Shown one piece after another: positions 8,059-17,397 of a stretch of 64,000 nt of DNA. Positions within the stretch are counted from its first letter, which is position 1. The number at the start of each line of letters is the position of its first letter. Source of the stretch: Candidatus Limnocylindria bacterium (lineage in GTDB: Bacteria > Chloroflexota > Limnocylindria > QHBO01); the NCBI GenBank assembly GCA_036380455.1, contig DASVEQ010000096.1, positions 21,484-85,483 of the forward strand. Direction: 5' to 3'. The position numbers and the translations under genes were made by a program. The notes under the pieces were generated by a model that was given only the letters and a program-made list of their open reading frames with translations, made no database searches and was not told where the DNA came from.

Positions 8059-8424
8059 GTGGGCACCCGTAATCCCGACGTCGATGACTGGTTCGAGCGG
8101 TACGACAACCCGATGAAGCCGGCGGTCGAGCGCGTGCGCGAGGTGATGCTGGCGGCCGACGACCGCATCGCAGAGGTCATCAAGTGGAGCACGCCGACCT
8201 TCGTGTACAAGGGTAACCTCGCGAGCTTCCAGCCGAGGGCGAAGCAGTTCGTGAGCATCCTCTTCCACGAGGGCGCCTCCATCCCTGGCACACACCCGAT
8301 GTTGGAGGGTGGCGGCGATCACGCGCGCTACGCGAGGATCGCGGATGAGACCGAGCTCGGGGCGCGGCGCGCGGAGCTCGAGGCAGTCGTGCGCGCCTGG
8401 TGCGACGCGCGAGACGCCGGCTAG
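8059..8424 (+). CDS. DUF1801 (YdhG-like) domain protein
   Basis: 121 aa. …AEVIKWSTPTFVYKGNLASFQPRAKQFVSILFHEG… is typical of DUF1801. GTG start preceded by GGAGGA. Confidence 0.65.
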   Translation: MGTRNPDVDDWFERYDNPMKPAVERVREVMLAADDRIAEVIKWSTPTFVYKGNLASFQPRAKQFVSILFHEGASIPGTHPMLEGGGDHARYARIADETELGARRAELEAVVRAWCDARDAG

Positions 8425-8501
8425 CGCCCACTCGCCGATCTCCGCCGGCTCCTCGCCGGGCCGCATGCAGGATGCCTGCCGGCGTCTGATAGCCTGCCGG
8501 C

Positions 8502-9011
8502 GTGACGCGGGACCCGGTCTCCACGAACCCCACCCGTACCGGTCGCTTGACCCCACCGACGGCTGATCGAGCAGCTCCGGCGCTGCGCCGCGCAGAGGCC
8601 GCCGAAGCCGACGTCATTGCGGCGATCCAGATCGCCGCGTTTCGCCAGACGTACGCATTCCCGCTGGCCCATCCGGACGATGAAGTCCGCGCCTGGATCT
8701 CCGAGCATCTCCTGCCCGAGACGGAGACCTGGGTGGCGGAGCTGGACGGCGCGGTCGTCGCGTTCTGTTCCCTGCGCGAGGAGTGGCTCGACCAGCTGTA
8801 CGTCGCGCCCGGGTACACGGGCCGCGGCATCGGTTCGCGACTGATCGACCTGGCGAAGGTGCGGCGGCCGGCCGGGCTGCAGCTCTGGACGTTCCAGGCC
8901 AATGCGGCGGCGCGGCGGTTCTACGAGCGGCACGGCTTTCGGGCGGTTGAGATGACCGATGGGGGAGGGAACGAGGAGCGACAGCCCGACGTGCGGTACG
9001 CCTGGCGCTAA
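8502..9011 (+). CDS. GNAT-family N-acetyltransferase
   Basis: The acetyl-CoA-binding core QLYVAPGYTGRGIGSRLI… and the C-terminal …ARRFYERHGF are present. Confidence 0.7.
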   Translation: MTRDPVSTNPTRTGRLTPPTADRAAPALRRAEAAEADVIAAIQIAAFRQTYAFPLAHPDDEVRAWISEHLLPETETWVAELDGAVVAFCSLREEWLDQLYVAPGYTGRGIGSRLIDLAKVRRPAGLQLWTFQANAAARRFYERHGFRAVEMTDGGGNEERQPDVRYAWR

Positions 9012-9017
9012 CATCCG

Positions 9018-10112
9018 GTGATGGACCTGGCGATGATCCAGCGCGCGCCGAAGGTGCTCCTCCACGATCATCTGGATGGCGGGTTGCGTCCGCAGACCGT
9101 GCTGGAGCTGGCGCGCGAGATCGGCTACCGCGAGCTGCCCACCGAGGATCCCGACGCGCTCGCCGCCTGGTTCACCCGCGGCGCCGATCGGAAGTCGCTC
9201 GAGCTGTACCTCGAGGGCTTCCGGCATACCGTGGCGGTCATGCAGACCCGCGACGCCATCGAGCGCGTCGCGGCGGAGTGCGCGGAGGATCTGGCAGCGG
9301 ACGGCGTGGTGTACGCCGAGGTCCGGATGGCGCCGGAACTGCTGACCGATGCGGGCCTGTCGCTCGACGAGGCCACCGAGGCGATGCTCGCCGGCTTGCG
9401 GCGCGGATCCGAGGGCCGGCCGATCACCGTGGGCCTGATCATCACCGCCATGCGGCAGGCGGCCCGATCGGTGGAGATCGCGGAGTTGTCGGTCCGCCAC
9501 CGCGATGCCGGCGTCGTCGGCTTCGACATTGCCGGGCCGGAGGCAGGCTACCCGCCGACCCGACACCTGGACGCCTTCAACCTGATCGCCCACGAGAACT
9601 TCCACTTCACGATCCACGCGGGCGAGGGCTTCGGCCTGCCGAGCATCTGGGAGGCACTCCAGTGGTGCGGTGCCGAGCGTCTGGGCCATGGGGTGCGGAT
9701 CGTCGACGACATCACGGTTCGGCCGGACGGACGCGTCACGCTCGGCAGGCTGGCCTCCTACGTCCGCGATCGGCGCGTGCCGCTCGAGATGTGCCCGACT
9801 TCCAACGTCCACACGGGGGCGGCGGCGAGCCTGGAGGAGCACCCGATCGAGCTGCTTCGACGGCTCCGCTTCCGAGTGACCGTGAACACCGACAACCGGC
9901 TGATGAGCGGCATCACCATGTCGTCGGAACTTGCGGCACTGGCCCGGGCCTTCGGCATCGGGCTCGACGATATGGAGTGGCTGACGCTCAATGCGATGAA
10001 GTCGGCGTTCTGGCCGTTCGACGGACGGCTGCGGATCATCAACGAGCAGATCAAGCCCGGCTATGCCCTGCTCCGGGCGCAGCAGGCCGCCGCCGAGCTG
10101 GCGACGACCTGA
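9018..10112 (+). CDS. add: Adenosine deaminase
   Basis: 364 aa. Motifs [12 protein letters not shown], …FTIHAGE…, …RLGHGVR… and …[11 protein letters not shown]… are the canonical metal and catalytic motifs. Start is GTG 9018 or ATG 9021. Confidence 0.9.
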   Translation: MMDLAMIQRAPKVLLHDHLDGGLRPQTVLELAREIGYRELPTEDPDALAAWFTRGADRKSLELYLEGFRHTVAVMQTRDAIERVAAECAEDLAADGVVYAEVRMAPELLTDAGLSLDEATEAMLAGLRRGSEGRPITVGLIITAMRQAARSVEIAELSVRHRDAGVVGFDIAGPEAGYPPTRHLDAFNLIAHENFHFTIHAGEGFGLPSIWEALQWCGAERLGHGVRIVDDITVRPDGRVTLGRLASYVRDRRVPLEMCPTSNVHTGAAASLEEHPIELLRRLRFRVTVNTDNRLMSGITMSSELAALARAFGIGLDDMEWLTLNAMKSAFWPFDGRLRIINEQIKPGYALLRAQQAAAELATT

Positions 10113-10115
10113 GGG

Positions 10116-11024
10116 ATGCCGTTCCCCGCTCGCACGGTCGGCTTCAAGACGTCGCCCCAGCACGCCGAGTGGACCCTCCTGGACGAGACGTGGGCGGCCG
10201 CCGGCGAGCTGCATGTCTTCTCGGCCGGCTGGATGAACGACCACCTCTCCGACATGTCCGAGTCAGGTGGGCCGAGCCTCGAGGCGCTCACCCTGCTCGG
10301 CACGCTCGTCCACCGCGTCCCGCGGACCTGGGTCGGCCATGCCGTCCTGTCGAACACGTTTCGTCACCCCGCGGTGCTTGCCAAGGCGGCGGCGGTCCTC
10401 GATCACGCCAGCGGCGGTCGCTTCGTCCTGGGTCTTGGAGCCGGGTGGCATGAGGCCGAGCACCGCGCCTTCGGCCTGGCGCTGCCGCCGATCGGTGAGC
10501 GGATCGACCGGCTCGAATCGGCCCTCGAGGTCCTCCATGCCCTGTTCTCGCCCCAGGCCGCCACGCATCCTGGTGTGACGCGACCCGATCGGCACTACCC
10601 GCTCGAGGGGGCCGTCAACCTGCCGGTCCCGCTGACGGCCGGGGGACCGCCGATCTTCCTTGGCGGCCAGAAGCAGCGGGGGATCGCGCTCGCGGGGCGC
10701 CTCGGCGATGGATGGCTGCTCCCCGGCGACCGGGCCGGCGACGCGCAGTACCTGACCGGCAGGCGCGATGCGCTGTTCCGCGCGCTCGAGTCGACCGGTC
10801 GCGCGCCCGAGGGGTTCACGATCGTCGGCCAGGTGAGCTGCGGCGACTCTCCAGCCGATCGCCGAAGGGCGGTCGACCAGTCGCGTGCGATGGTGGCGGC
10901 CGGCGCCACGCACCTGATTCTCGGCATGGCGCCGCGGCTCGGGCCCGAGGGTCTGAATGCGATCGCGCGGGAGGTGGCGGAGCCCGTGCTCGAGGCAGCC
11001 GGCTGGGTGGGTCGCGCGGCCTAG
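10116..11024 (+). CDS. Luciferase-like monooxygenase (LLM) family, probable F420-dependent oxidoreductase
   Basis: 302 aa. …NTFRHPAVLAKAAAVLDHASGGRFVLGLGAGWHEAEH… is typical of the LLM class. Confidence 0.75.
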   Translation: MPFPARTVGFKTSPQHAEWTLLDETWAAAGELHVFSAGWMNDHLSDMSESGGPSLEALTLLGTLVHRVPRTWVGHAVLSNTFRHPAVLAKAAAVLDHASGGRFVLGLGAGWHEAEHRAFGLALPPIGERIDRLESALEVLHALFSPQAATHPGVTRPDRHYPLEGAVNLPVPLTAGGPPIFLGGQKQRGIALAGRLGDGWLLPGDRAGDAQYLTGRRDALFRALESTGRAPEGFTIVGQVSCGDSPADRRRAVDQSRAMVAAGATHLILGMAPRLGPEGLNAIAREVAEPVLEAAGWVGRAA

Positions 11025-11908
11025 ACCTGGGCGGTCGTCGTGTTCGGCAGGAACGGTGCGACCGCCATCTCCAGCATCGCGGCCTCGTCAGGGGTGAGCC
11101 GGCGGAGCGGAGGTCGCATCCCCGGGCCGACGGGGAGATCTCGCCTGCCCAGCAGGTGCTTGGCGGCGGCGATGAACTGGCCGCTCCCCTCCAAGGCCAG
11201 CCGCAGCTCGCCGAGGCGGCGGGCCGCGGCCTCGTCGGCCTCGTCCAGCCCAACACGGACGATGTCCGGGAAGGCGGCGGCCATGCCCGACACGGTGCCG
11301 ACGGCTCCGCGCGCCAGGCCGGCGGTGATGAGCGGCTCGCTGCCGATGAGGACCGGCAGGCCGAGCCCGAGGTAGGGCTCCACCCGCTCGAAGGGGGATT
11401 CACTCACCTTCAGACCGGCAAGGTTGTCGACCGATGCCTCGATCCGGCGAATGACCTCGACGGGCAGCGGGTAGCCGGACCGCGCGGTGAACGCGTAGCA
11501 GTAGAAGGGGAGTGGCGCCGCGGCGCGGGCAGCCGCAACGAAGTGCGCGGTCAGCGCGTCGGCGTCCAGCGGAAAGTAGGGCGGCGCGATGACGGCGACC
11601 GCATCGGCGCCGATCTCGCGGGCGTGCGTCGCAAGCGCCACGGTGTCCGCCGTGGTCTGGGCGCCCGCATGGACGATGAGCGTTCCTCGCACGGCAGCGC
11701 GGTAGGCCTCGGCCGTCCGACGCCGCTCGTCGAGCGACAGGAGGACCCCCTCGCCGGTCGTGCCGCAGGCGAACACGCCGTCGGCGCCATGCGATTCGAG
11801 GAATGCGACGTACGCGGGCACCGCCCCGATGTCGAGGGCAGCGCCGTCGTCGGTGAGGGGCGTGACGGCGGCGACGATGAGCGGCCGGTGGCCGAGCTCG
11901 GTGAGCAC
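11021..11908 (-). CDS. Dihydrodipicolinate synthase/N-acetylneuraminate lyase family (class I aldolase)
   Basis: 295 aa. GVFACGTTGEGVLLS, …VIAPPYF… and the Schiff-base lysine context …LAGLKVSE. GTG start. The 3' end overlaps the LLM gene by 4 nt (convergent). Confidence 0.75.
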   Translation of the reverse strand: MLTELGHRPLIVAAVTPLTDDGAALDIGAVPAYVAFLESHGADGVFACGTTGEGVLLSLDERRRTAEAYRAAVRGTLIVHAGAQTTADTVALATHAREIGADAVAVIAPPYFPLDADALTAHFVAAARAAAPLPFYCYAFTARSGYPLPVEVIRRIEASVDNLAGLKVSESPFERVEPYLGLGLPVLIGSEPLITAGLARGAVGTVSGMAAAFPDIVRVGLDEADEAAARRLGELRLALEGSGQFIAAAKHLLGRRDLPVGPGMRPPLRRLTPDEAAMLEMAVAPFLPNTTTAQV

Positions 11909-11931
11909 GTCGCAATGCTACCGTCCCGGAC

Positions 11932-12861
11932 ATGGTGACGATCCGGCCCATCGCTCGCGAGGAGCTCGACGCCTTCGCGGCGCTCGATCCCGCCACGCCT
12001 GACCTGGCCGAGACGATCCGGGCGTTGTGGGCGGACGGGTCCGGACGGCCGGGCTGGACCCTGGTCGCCGAGGATGCCGATGCACCGCTCGGGCGGGCCG
12101 CCTTCTTCACCGAGCCGCTCGGCTGCGGTCTCGACCTGCTCGAGGGTCGCGTGGCCGGGCTGTGGCTCGCCGAGGGGGTGCCGCCTGCGGTCGGCAGCGA
12201 CCTGCTCGACGAGGTCGCGAGGCTTGCCAGCGGCGTGACGCCGTTCATCGAACGACGCCTCAACCCCGAGCTGCATCGCGACGTCCCGTTTTGGCGCATC
12301 GTGCTCGAGGGCGCCGGGTACAGCCTGTTCCACGAGAAGGAGGGGTTCGCCTGGACCGACGACGGTGGTGAGCTGCCCGAGCCCCATCGCCTCATGTTCC
12401 GCTCACTTGCCGAGGTCGGACGAAGCGCCTACGCCGCGGCCATGGCGGTCACCATTCCCGGCACGCTCGACCGCAACGACCGCTTCTACGTCGAAACCTG
12501 CGGTCCAGCGGCGTGGGGAACCGAGATGGTCGGTGCGGCCGGGCCGAGCGACGAGCCGGCATGGCTGCTCGCATCCGAGCCTGACGGGGCGCTGGCCGGC
12601 TACGTCGGCGTCGGACGCTTCGACGGGGACGTCGGGACGATCTCCCACATCGGCGTGGTGCCCGACCGCCGCGGGCGCGGCTACGTGAACGAGCTGCTGC
12701 GTGCCGCCAACCGCGCCGCCCGCGCCCGAGGCTATCGCTCGATGCTCTCGGACGTCGACACGGAGAACGCGCCGATGCTCGCTGCCATGGAGCGCAACGG
12801 GCACCGTCGCGGCGCTCGCCCGTGGCACGTGTGGGCCTATCGGCGTGCCGTGGCAGGCTGA
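11932..12861 (+). CDS. GNAT-family acetyltransferase (two-lobed)
   Basis: 309 aa. The C-terminal lobe has …ISHIGVVPDRRGRGYVNELLRAA…. Confidence 0.65.
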   Translation: MVTIRPIAREELDAFAALDPATPDLAETIRALWADGSGRPGWTLVAEDADAPLGRAAFFTEPLGCGLDLLEGRVAGLWLAEGVPPAVGSDLLDEVARLASGVTPFIERRLNPELHRDVPFWRIVLEGAGYSLFHEKEGFAWTDDGGELPEPHRLMFRSLAEVGRSAYAAAMAVTIPGTLDRNDRFYVETCGPAAWGTEMVGAAGPSDEPAWLLASEPDGALAGYVGVGRFDGDVGTISHIGVVPDRRGRGYVNELLRAANRAARARGYRSMLSDVDTENAPMLAAMERNGHRRGARPWHVWAYRRAVAG

Positions 12862-12929
12862 TTGGCCGCGACACGGCAATGCACCCCGCGGCCGGCAGCC
12901 ACGGGGCGCATGCGATCGTTGGTCGCCGG

Positions 12930-13367
12930 TCAGTCGGCCTTGCGCTGACCTCGCAGCGCCGTCCGCTCCACGTCACTCGGGCCGGTGAGGCGGAACGTGT
13001 CGGTCATCGACGCGCTCGCCGGAGCGGCCGCGTCACTCGGGCCGGTGAGGCGGAACGTGTCGGTCAGCCGGGTGGCGGCCGCGGCCGGGTGCCGGATCGC
13101 CCAGTCGGGGTACGACTCGGCGACGACGACGTGGCGGACGCCGTAATCGGGATAGGCGGCGGCCGCGGCAGCCGCGGGCTGGTCCGCGCGCAGAGCGTGG
13201 AGATCGTCGAGGGCGTTGCGCGAGAATGAGGCGTCCGCGGTGATCGACCGGTCGCCGCTCACCTGCTGGATGAGGTTGCCGACCGCGAGGCCGGCTCCGG
13301 CGGCGAGGACCAGGATGAGCGCGATACTGGCGGCGCGTGCCACGCCGTTGACTGCGGGTGCGTTCAC
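12930..13367 (-). CDS. Membrane-anchored hypothetical protein with internal duplication
   Basis: 145 aa with an N-terminal TM helix (AASIALILVLAAGAGLAVGNLI). The C-terminal TDTFRLTGPSD motif occurs twice. Confidence 0.5.
   Translation of the reverse strand: MNAPAVNGVARAASIALILVLAAGAGLAVGNLIQQVSGDRSITADASFSRNALDDLHALRADQPAAAAAAAYPDYGVRHVVVAESYPDWAIRHPAAAATRLTDTFRLTGPSDAAAPASASMTDTFRLTGPSDVERTALRGQRKAD
12971..13066. repeat. Perfect 36-bp direct repeat, 60-bp period, inside the CDS
   Basis: CGTCACTCGGGCCGGTGAGGCGGAACGTGTCGGTCA occurs at 12971-13006 and again at 13031-13066. Confidence 0.9.
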
Positions 13368-13612
13368 GGTGTTGAGCTCCTTCTCGTCGTTGGGCTCCCT
13401 CCACCGACGCGGGCAGTCTGGGCCGCCGGTGTGAGGCGCTCGTAGCCGGTCGCGGACGTGTCATCCGTCGATCCGCGGACGCGCGGCCGGTCGCTGACGG
13501 TGCGGAAGCGGTGTCGCCGACGATGCATCGGCCGCGTCGGCTGGAACGGGCATCGGTGTAGACTCGAACGTGACTCGAGAAGCCCATCTGCGCACGAAGG
13601 ACTTCGTCACCC

Positions 13613-13855
13613 ATGACCTACGTCATCACCGAGCCATGCATCGGCGTCAAGGACGCGAGCTGCGTCGACGTCTGCCCGGTCGACTGCATCCACGCCACCG
13701 ATGACGACGCGATGTACTTCATCGACCCGGACGAGTGCATCGACTGCGGCGCCTGCGAGCCAGAGTGCCCGGTGACCGCGATCTTCGCCGAGGACGCGGT
13801 TCCCGACGATCAGCAGAAGTACATCCAGATCAACGCCGACTACTTCAAGCAGTAG
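13613..13855 (+). CDS. fdxA: 7Fe-type ferredoxin ([3Fe-4S][4Fe-4S])
   Basis: 80 aa. MTYVITEPCIGVKDASCVDVCPVDCIH…DPDECIDCGACEPECPVTAIF closely follows the actinobacterial FdxA pattern. Confidence 0.85.
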   Translation: MTYVITEPCIGVKDASCVDVCPVDCIHATDDDAMYFIDPDECIDCGACEPECPVTAIFAEDAVPDDQQKYIQINADYFKQ

Positions 13856-13858
13856 CCG

Positions 13859-14167
13859 ATGCCGCGTCTGATTGCCCTCTACAACGTGCCCGACCACGCC
13901 GACGCCTTCGACGCTCACTACCGGGACGTGCACGCCGGGATCATCGCCCGCTATCCGAACATCCGGGACGTCCGTCTCACGAAGCCCGTTGGCGTTGCCG
14001 GCCGTCCGGCGCCCTTCCACCTCATGGCCGAGATGGGCTTCGACACCGCCGCCGACCTCGATGCCGCGATGATGTCCGAAGCCGGTGCCGAATCGGCCCG
14101 CGACCTCCGGAACTTTGCCGGCGCCGGCGTCACCCTGTTCATCGCACCCGACGAGGCCGATGCCTGA
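13859..14167 (+). CDS. EthD-domain protein
   Basis: 102 aa. It starts 3 nt after the ferredoxin stop. …ALYNVPDHADAFDAHYRDVH… and the overall size fit the EthD/dimeric alpha-beta barrel family. Confidence 0.6.
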   Translation: MPRLIALYNVPDHADAFDAHYRDVHAGIIARYPNIRDVRLTKPVGVAGRPAPFHLMAEMGFDTAADLDAAMMSEAGAESARDLRNFAGAGVTLFIAPDEADA

Positions 14168-15119
14168 GGCTGGCGCGCCCCAGGCGACCGACCCGGGCGC
14201 CCTCGGCTTCGAGTACATCCGGTATCGGCGCGACGCCGATACCGGCGTGGCAACCGTCACCATCGACCGCCCCGACGTCCTGAACGCCCTCGACTTTCCA
14301 ACGATGCGGGAGCTCGCCAGGGCCTTCGAGCAGGCCTCCTGGGACGACGCGGTGGCGGTCGTCGTCGTCACCGGGGCCGGTGACCGGGCGTTCTGCACGG
14401 GCGCGGACCTCGACGAGCAGGCGCGGATGGGTTCCACGTCCGGCCAGTACTGGCGCTGGATGGGCGCCTTCATCGAGATGCACGACCGGCTGCGGCAGAT
14501 CGGCAAGCCGACGATCGCGCGGATCAACGGGATCTGCGTCGGCGGCGGGAACGAGCTCCAGATGGCGTGTGACCTGTCGGTGCTGGTCGACGACGGCTAC
14601 ATCCGCCACGTCGGGCCGGAGCACGGCTCGGTGCCGGCCGGCGGCGCGACGCAGTGGCTGCCGTTGATGGTGGGGGAGCGCCGGGCCCGCGAGATCGTCA
14701 TGCTCTGCGAGCGCATCAGTCCTGCGCAGGCGCTGGAGTGGGGCCTCGTCACGCGCGTCGTGCCGCGTGCCTCGCTCGACGCCGAGGTCGCCGCGCTGGC
14801 CGAGAACCTGGTTCGCAAGCTGCCGGAGACGATCCGCTACACGAAGACGCAGCTGAACTGGTGGCGCGACCTCGTGTGGTCCCAGACCGTGCAGCACGCC
14901 CGTGACTGGCTCGCGATCCATTCGACCGCGGACGAGACGAAGGAGGCGGTCGACGCCTTTCACGAGAAGCGCGCGCCGCGGTTCGCGGAGCTCCGCCGCC
15001 AGCAGGCGGGCGAGGGCCGGACCTGTCCGGAGTGCGGCTCGACCGGGCTGTCGGCGACGGCGAAGTTCTGCGCCGAGTGCGGCGTCGCCTTGCCCAACCC
15101 GTGGGAGAAGGTGCAATGA
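14160..15119 (+). CDS. Enoyl-CoA hydratase/isomerase family protein with C-terminal zinc ribbon
   Basis: The ATG at 14160 overlaps the EthD stop by 8 nt. Crotonase core …VVVVTGAGDRAFCTGADL…INGICVGGGNELQMACDL… is followed by a C-terminal CPECG-x11-CAECG. Confidence 0.75.
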   Translation: MPEAGAPQATDPGALGFEYIRYRRDADTGVATVTIDRPDVLNALDFPTMRELARAFEQASWDDAVAVVVVTGAGDRAFCTGADLDEQARMGSTSGQYWRWMGAFIEMHDRLRQIGKPTIARINGICVGGGNELQMACDLSVLVDDGYIRHVGPEHGSVPAGGATQWLPLMVGERRAREIVMLCERISPAQALEWGLVTRVVPRASLDAEVAALAENLVRKLPETIRYTKTQLNWWRDLVWSQTVQHARDWLAIHSTADETKEAVDAFHEKRAPRFAELRRQQAGEGRTCPECGSTGLSATAKFCAECGVALPNPWEKVQ

Positions 15120-15155
15120 CGGACTCGTCCGTCGCCCGCCGGACCGGTTGCGCAA

Positions 15156-15195
15156 CTGTCACCGGTTATGTCGTTACTGATATGTCCGCTGACAG
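15156..15195 (+). promoter_or_regulatory. 40-bp AT-cored inverted-repeat element (putative promoter/operator), copy 1
   Basis: CTGTCACCGGTTATGTCGTTACTGATATGTCCGCTGACAG. It has inverted 10-mer arms and an extended -10-like TGATATGTC, and ends 12 nt before the ATG at 15208. It matches the reverse complement of 30780-30819 at 34/40 positions. Confidence 0.5.
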
Positions 15196-15207
15196 GCGCG
15201 CGCCGCG

Positions 15208-15990
15208 ATGAACGAGGAGCGGCTGATCCTCGTCGAGCGCCAGCCCGAGCCGCGCACCGCCCTGGTTCGCCTCAACCGGCCGAAGCAGTTGAACGCGCTG
15301 AACGGCGCGGTCATGGACGCCCTGTGCACCGCCCTCGAAGAGCTCGACCGCGATGACACGGTGCGAGCGATCGTGGTGACCGGCAACGAGCGGGCCTTCG
15401 CCGCGGGCGCCGACATCGGCGAGATGGCGGACGCGACGCCGATCGACATGCTGCTCACGAATCGCATCGGCGAGTGGGACCGCATCCGGAAGGTGAGCAA
15501 GCCGGTGATCGCCGCGGTCAACGGCTGGGCGCTCGGTGGCGGCTGCGAGCTGGCGATGACGCTCGACCTCATCGTGGCGGGGGAGGGGGCGAAATTCGGC
15601 CAGCCCGAGATCAAGATCGGCGTCATTCCCGGAGCCGGCGGGACCCAGCGCCTGACGCGCGCCATCGGCAAGTCGAAGGCGATGCGCATGGTCCTCACCG
15701 GCGAGCCGATGACGGCGCGGGAGGCGGAGAGCGCCGGCCTGGTGGCGCTGGTCACCCAGGACGAGCTGTGCGTCGAGGATGCGCTTGCGCTGGCGGCGAT
15801 GATCGCCAGGAAGTCGCCGATCGCGCTGCGGCTGGCGAAGGAGGCGGTGAACGCCGCCTACGAGATGAGCCTGACCGATGCGCTGGCGCACGAGCGCCGA
15901 CACTTCTATCTGCTGTTCGCCAGCGAGGACCAGAAGGAGGGCATGGCCGCCTTTCTCGAGAAGCGCGATCCGGATTTCACGGGGCGCTAG
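15208..15990 (+). CDS. Enoyl-CoA hydratase (crotonase)
   Basis: 260 aa. …IVVTGNERAFAAGADI…VNGWALGGGCELAMTLDL…FGQPEIKIGVIPGAGGTQRL… is a canonical crotonase. Confidence 0.85.
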   Translation: MNEERLILVERQPEPRTALVRLNRPKQLNALNGAVMDALCTALEELDRDDTVRAIVVTGNERAFAAGADIGEMADATPIDMLLTNRIGEWDRIRKVSKPVIAAVNGWALGGGCELAMTLDLIVAGEGAKFGQPEIKIGVIPGAGGTQRLTRAIGKSKAMRMVLTGEPMTAREAESAGLVALVTQDELCVEDALALAAMIARKSPIALRLAKEAVNAAYEMSLTDALAHERRHFYLLFASEDQKEGMAAFLEKRDPDFTGR

Positions 15991-16950
15991 GTGAACCTCG
16001 GCAATCCTGACCGCCCGGTCGGCGGCCTCGCGGTGCCACGCCCCGAGGGCGTGGAGATCCGCCCGCTCGCGCGCGACGACTTCGCCGATGCGCTCTCGCT
16101 CGTGCGGGAGCTGTACGGGCTGCCCGAAACGGAGCCCGAGCCTCATCGGGCCGCCTTCGAGACACTCGTCAACGACCCCGATGCCGCGCCCTTCCTCGCG
16201 ATCGCCGATGACCGGCCGGCCGGGGTCATCGTCTTCCGCTTCCGTCGACGGCTGAACCACGCGACCTTCGAGGGCTGGATCAGCGATCTCGTGGTCCGCG
16301 AGGCGTTCCGGGGCCGCGGCATCGGGCGAGCGCTGGTGGGCGCGGCGATCGCCGAGTGGCGCCTCCGTGGATCGCATCGGATCCAGCTGGAGGTTGCGAA
16401 CGATCGCACGGCGGCCCGTGCGCTCTACGAGCGCATGGGCTTCGTCGAGCAGGGGAGGTACTTCGAGATCGGCCCGGTGGCCACGCGCGGGATCGCGGCC
16501 GCAGCCGGCGTGGAGATCCGCCCGGTCGGCCCTGCCGATGACGACTTCGCGGCGGCGACGGCCCTTCTCGCCGAGTTGGGTCGGCCCACACCGACCGACG
16601 ACAAGCTGCCCGCGGTGCGGCGCACGTACGACCAGCATGTGTCGCGCTCCGACACCGGCTCCGTGCTCGCCCTCCTCGATGGCCGGCCGGTCGGATTCAT
16701 CAGCCTCGAGTTCCGGCAGCCATTCTTCACGCTTGCCCCGCAGGCCTGGATCCCGGACCTCATCGTCACCCAGGCCGCGCGCGGCCGTGATATCGGCGCT
16801 GGGTTGCTCGATGCGGCACTCGGCGAGGCGCGTCGACGTGGGGCGTACGCCGCGGCACTCGAGTCCGGCCATCACCGGGTCGTGGCCCACCGCCTGTACA
16901 GCGCTGCGGGCATGGCTGACGTGGGAGTCTTCTGCTGGCTTGACCGCTGA
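15991..16950 (+). CDS. Tandem GNAT-domain acetyltransferase
   Basis: 319 aa with two acetyl-CoA motifs (…VVREAFRGRGIGRALV… and …IVTQAARGRDIGAGLL…). The GTG start abuts the upstream stop. Confidence 0.7.
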   Translation: MNLGNPDRPVGGLAVPRPEGVEIRPLARDDFADALSLVRELYGLPETEPEPHRAAFETLVNDPDAAPFLAIADDRPAGVIVFRFRRRLNHATFEGWISDLVVREAFRGRGIGRALVGAAIAEWRLRGSHRIQLEVANDRTAARALYERMGFVEQGRYFEIGPVATRGIAAAAGVEIRPVGPADDDFAAATALLAELGRPTPTDDKLPAVRRTYDQHVSRSDTGSVLALLDGRPVGFISLEFRQPFFTLAPQAWIPDLIVTQAARGRDIGAGLLDAALGEARRRGAYAAALESGHHRVVAHRLYSAAGMADVGVFCWLDR

Positions 16951-17104
16951 GCATGCGAGAACTCGGCTCGCGCCGCATCCGGTGACGCTACCCTCTGAGC
17001 GGCGGCGTCCCCCGACTCCGCGTGGGAACGGAATGTGCAAGGAGAGGCCGCTGGGGCGCGGCTCGCCGCGCACCGTCAACGCTGAGGGAGCTCGGAGGTA
17101 ACGC

Positions 17105-17377
17105 ATGGGAATCATTTCCTGGTTGATCGTCGGCGCCATTGCCGGCTGGGTTGCGGGGAAGCTCGTCCCCGGCGACGAGGGCTATGGGGTGATCGGCACG
17201 ATCATCGCCGGCATCGTCGGCGCCCTCGTCGGTGGTTGGCTCTTCGCCCTGCTGACGGAAAAGGATGACTGGCTCACCGGAATCGACATCACCACGCTCA
17301 TCGCCGCGATCGTCGGGGCCGTGGTCGTGGTCGTCGTCTGGCAGATGGTCACGGGGCGTCGCAGCCGCGCCGTCTAG
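17105..17377 (+). CDS. GlsB/YeaQ/YmgE-family (transglycosylase-associated) small membrane protein
   Basis: 90 aa. MGIISWLIVGAIAGWVAGKLV… with three Gly-rich TM helices. GGAGG lies upstream. Confidence 0.75.
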   Translation: MGIISWLIVGAIAGWVAGKLVPGDEGYGVIGTIIAGIVGALVGGWLFALLTEKDDWLTGIDITTLIAAIVGAVVVVVVWQMVTGRRSRAV

Positions 17378-17397
17378 CGCACGCGTCGCCCACACCG

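Noticed and set aside
9018-10112. Adenosine deaminase as part of a RADAR-like defence system.
   Set aside because: It has canonical housekeeping length and motifs, lies among metabolic genes, and has no adjacent large ATPase.
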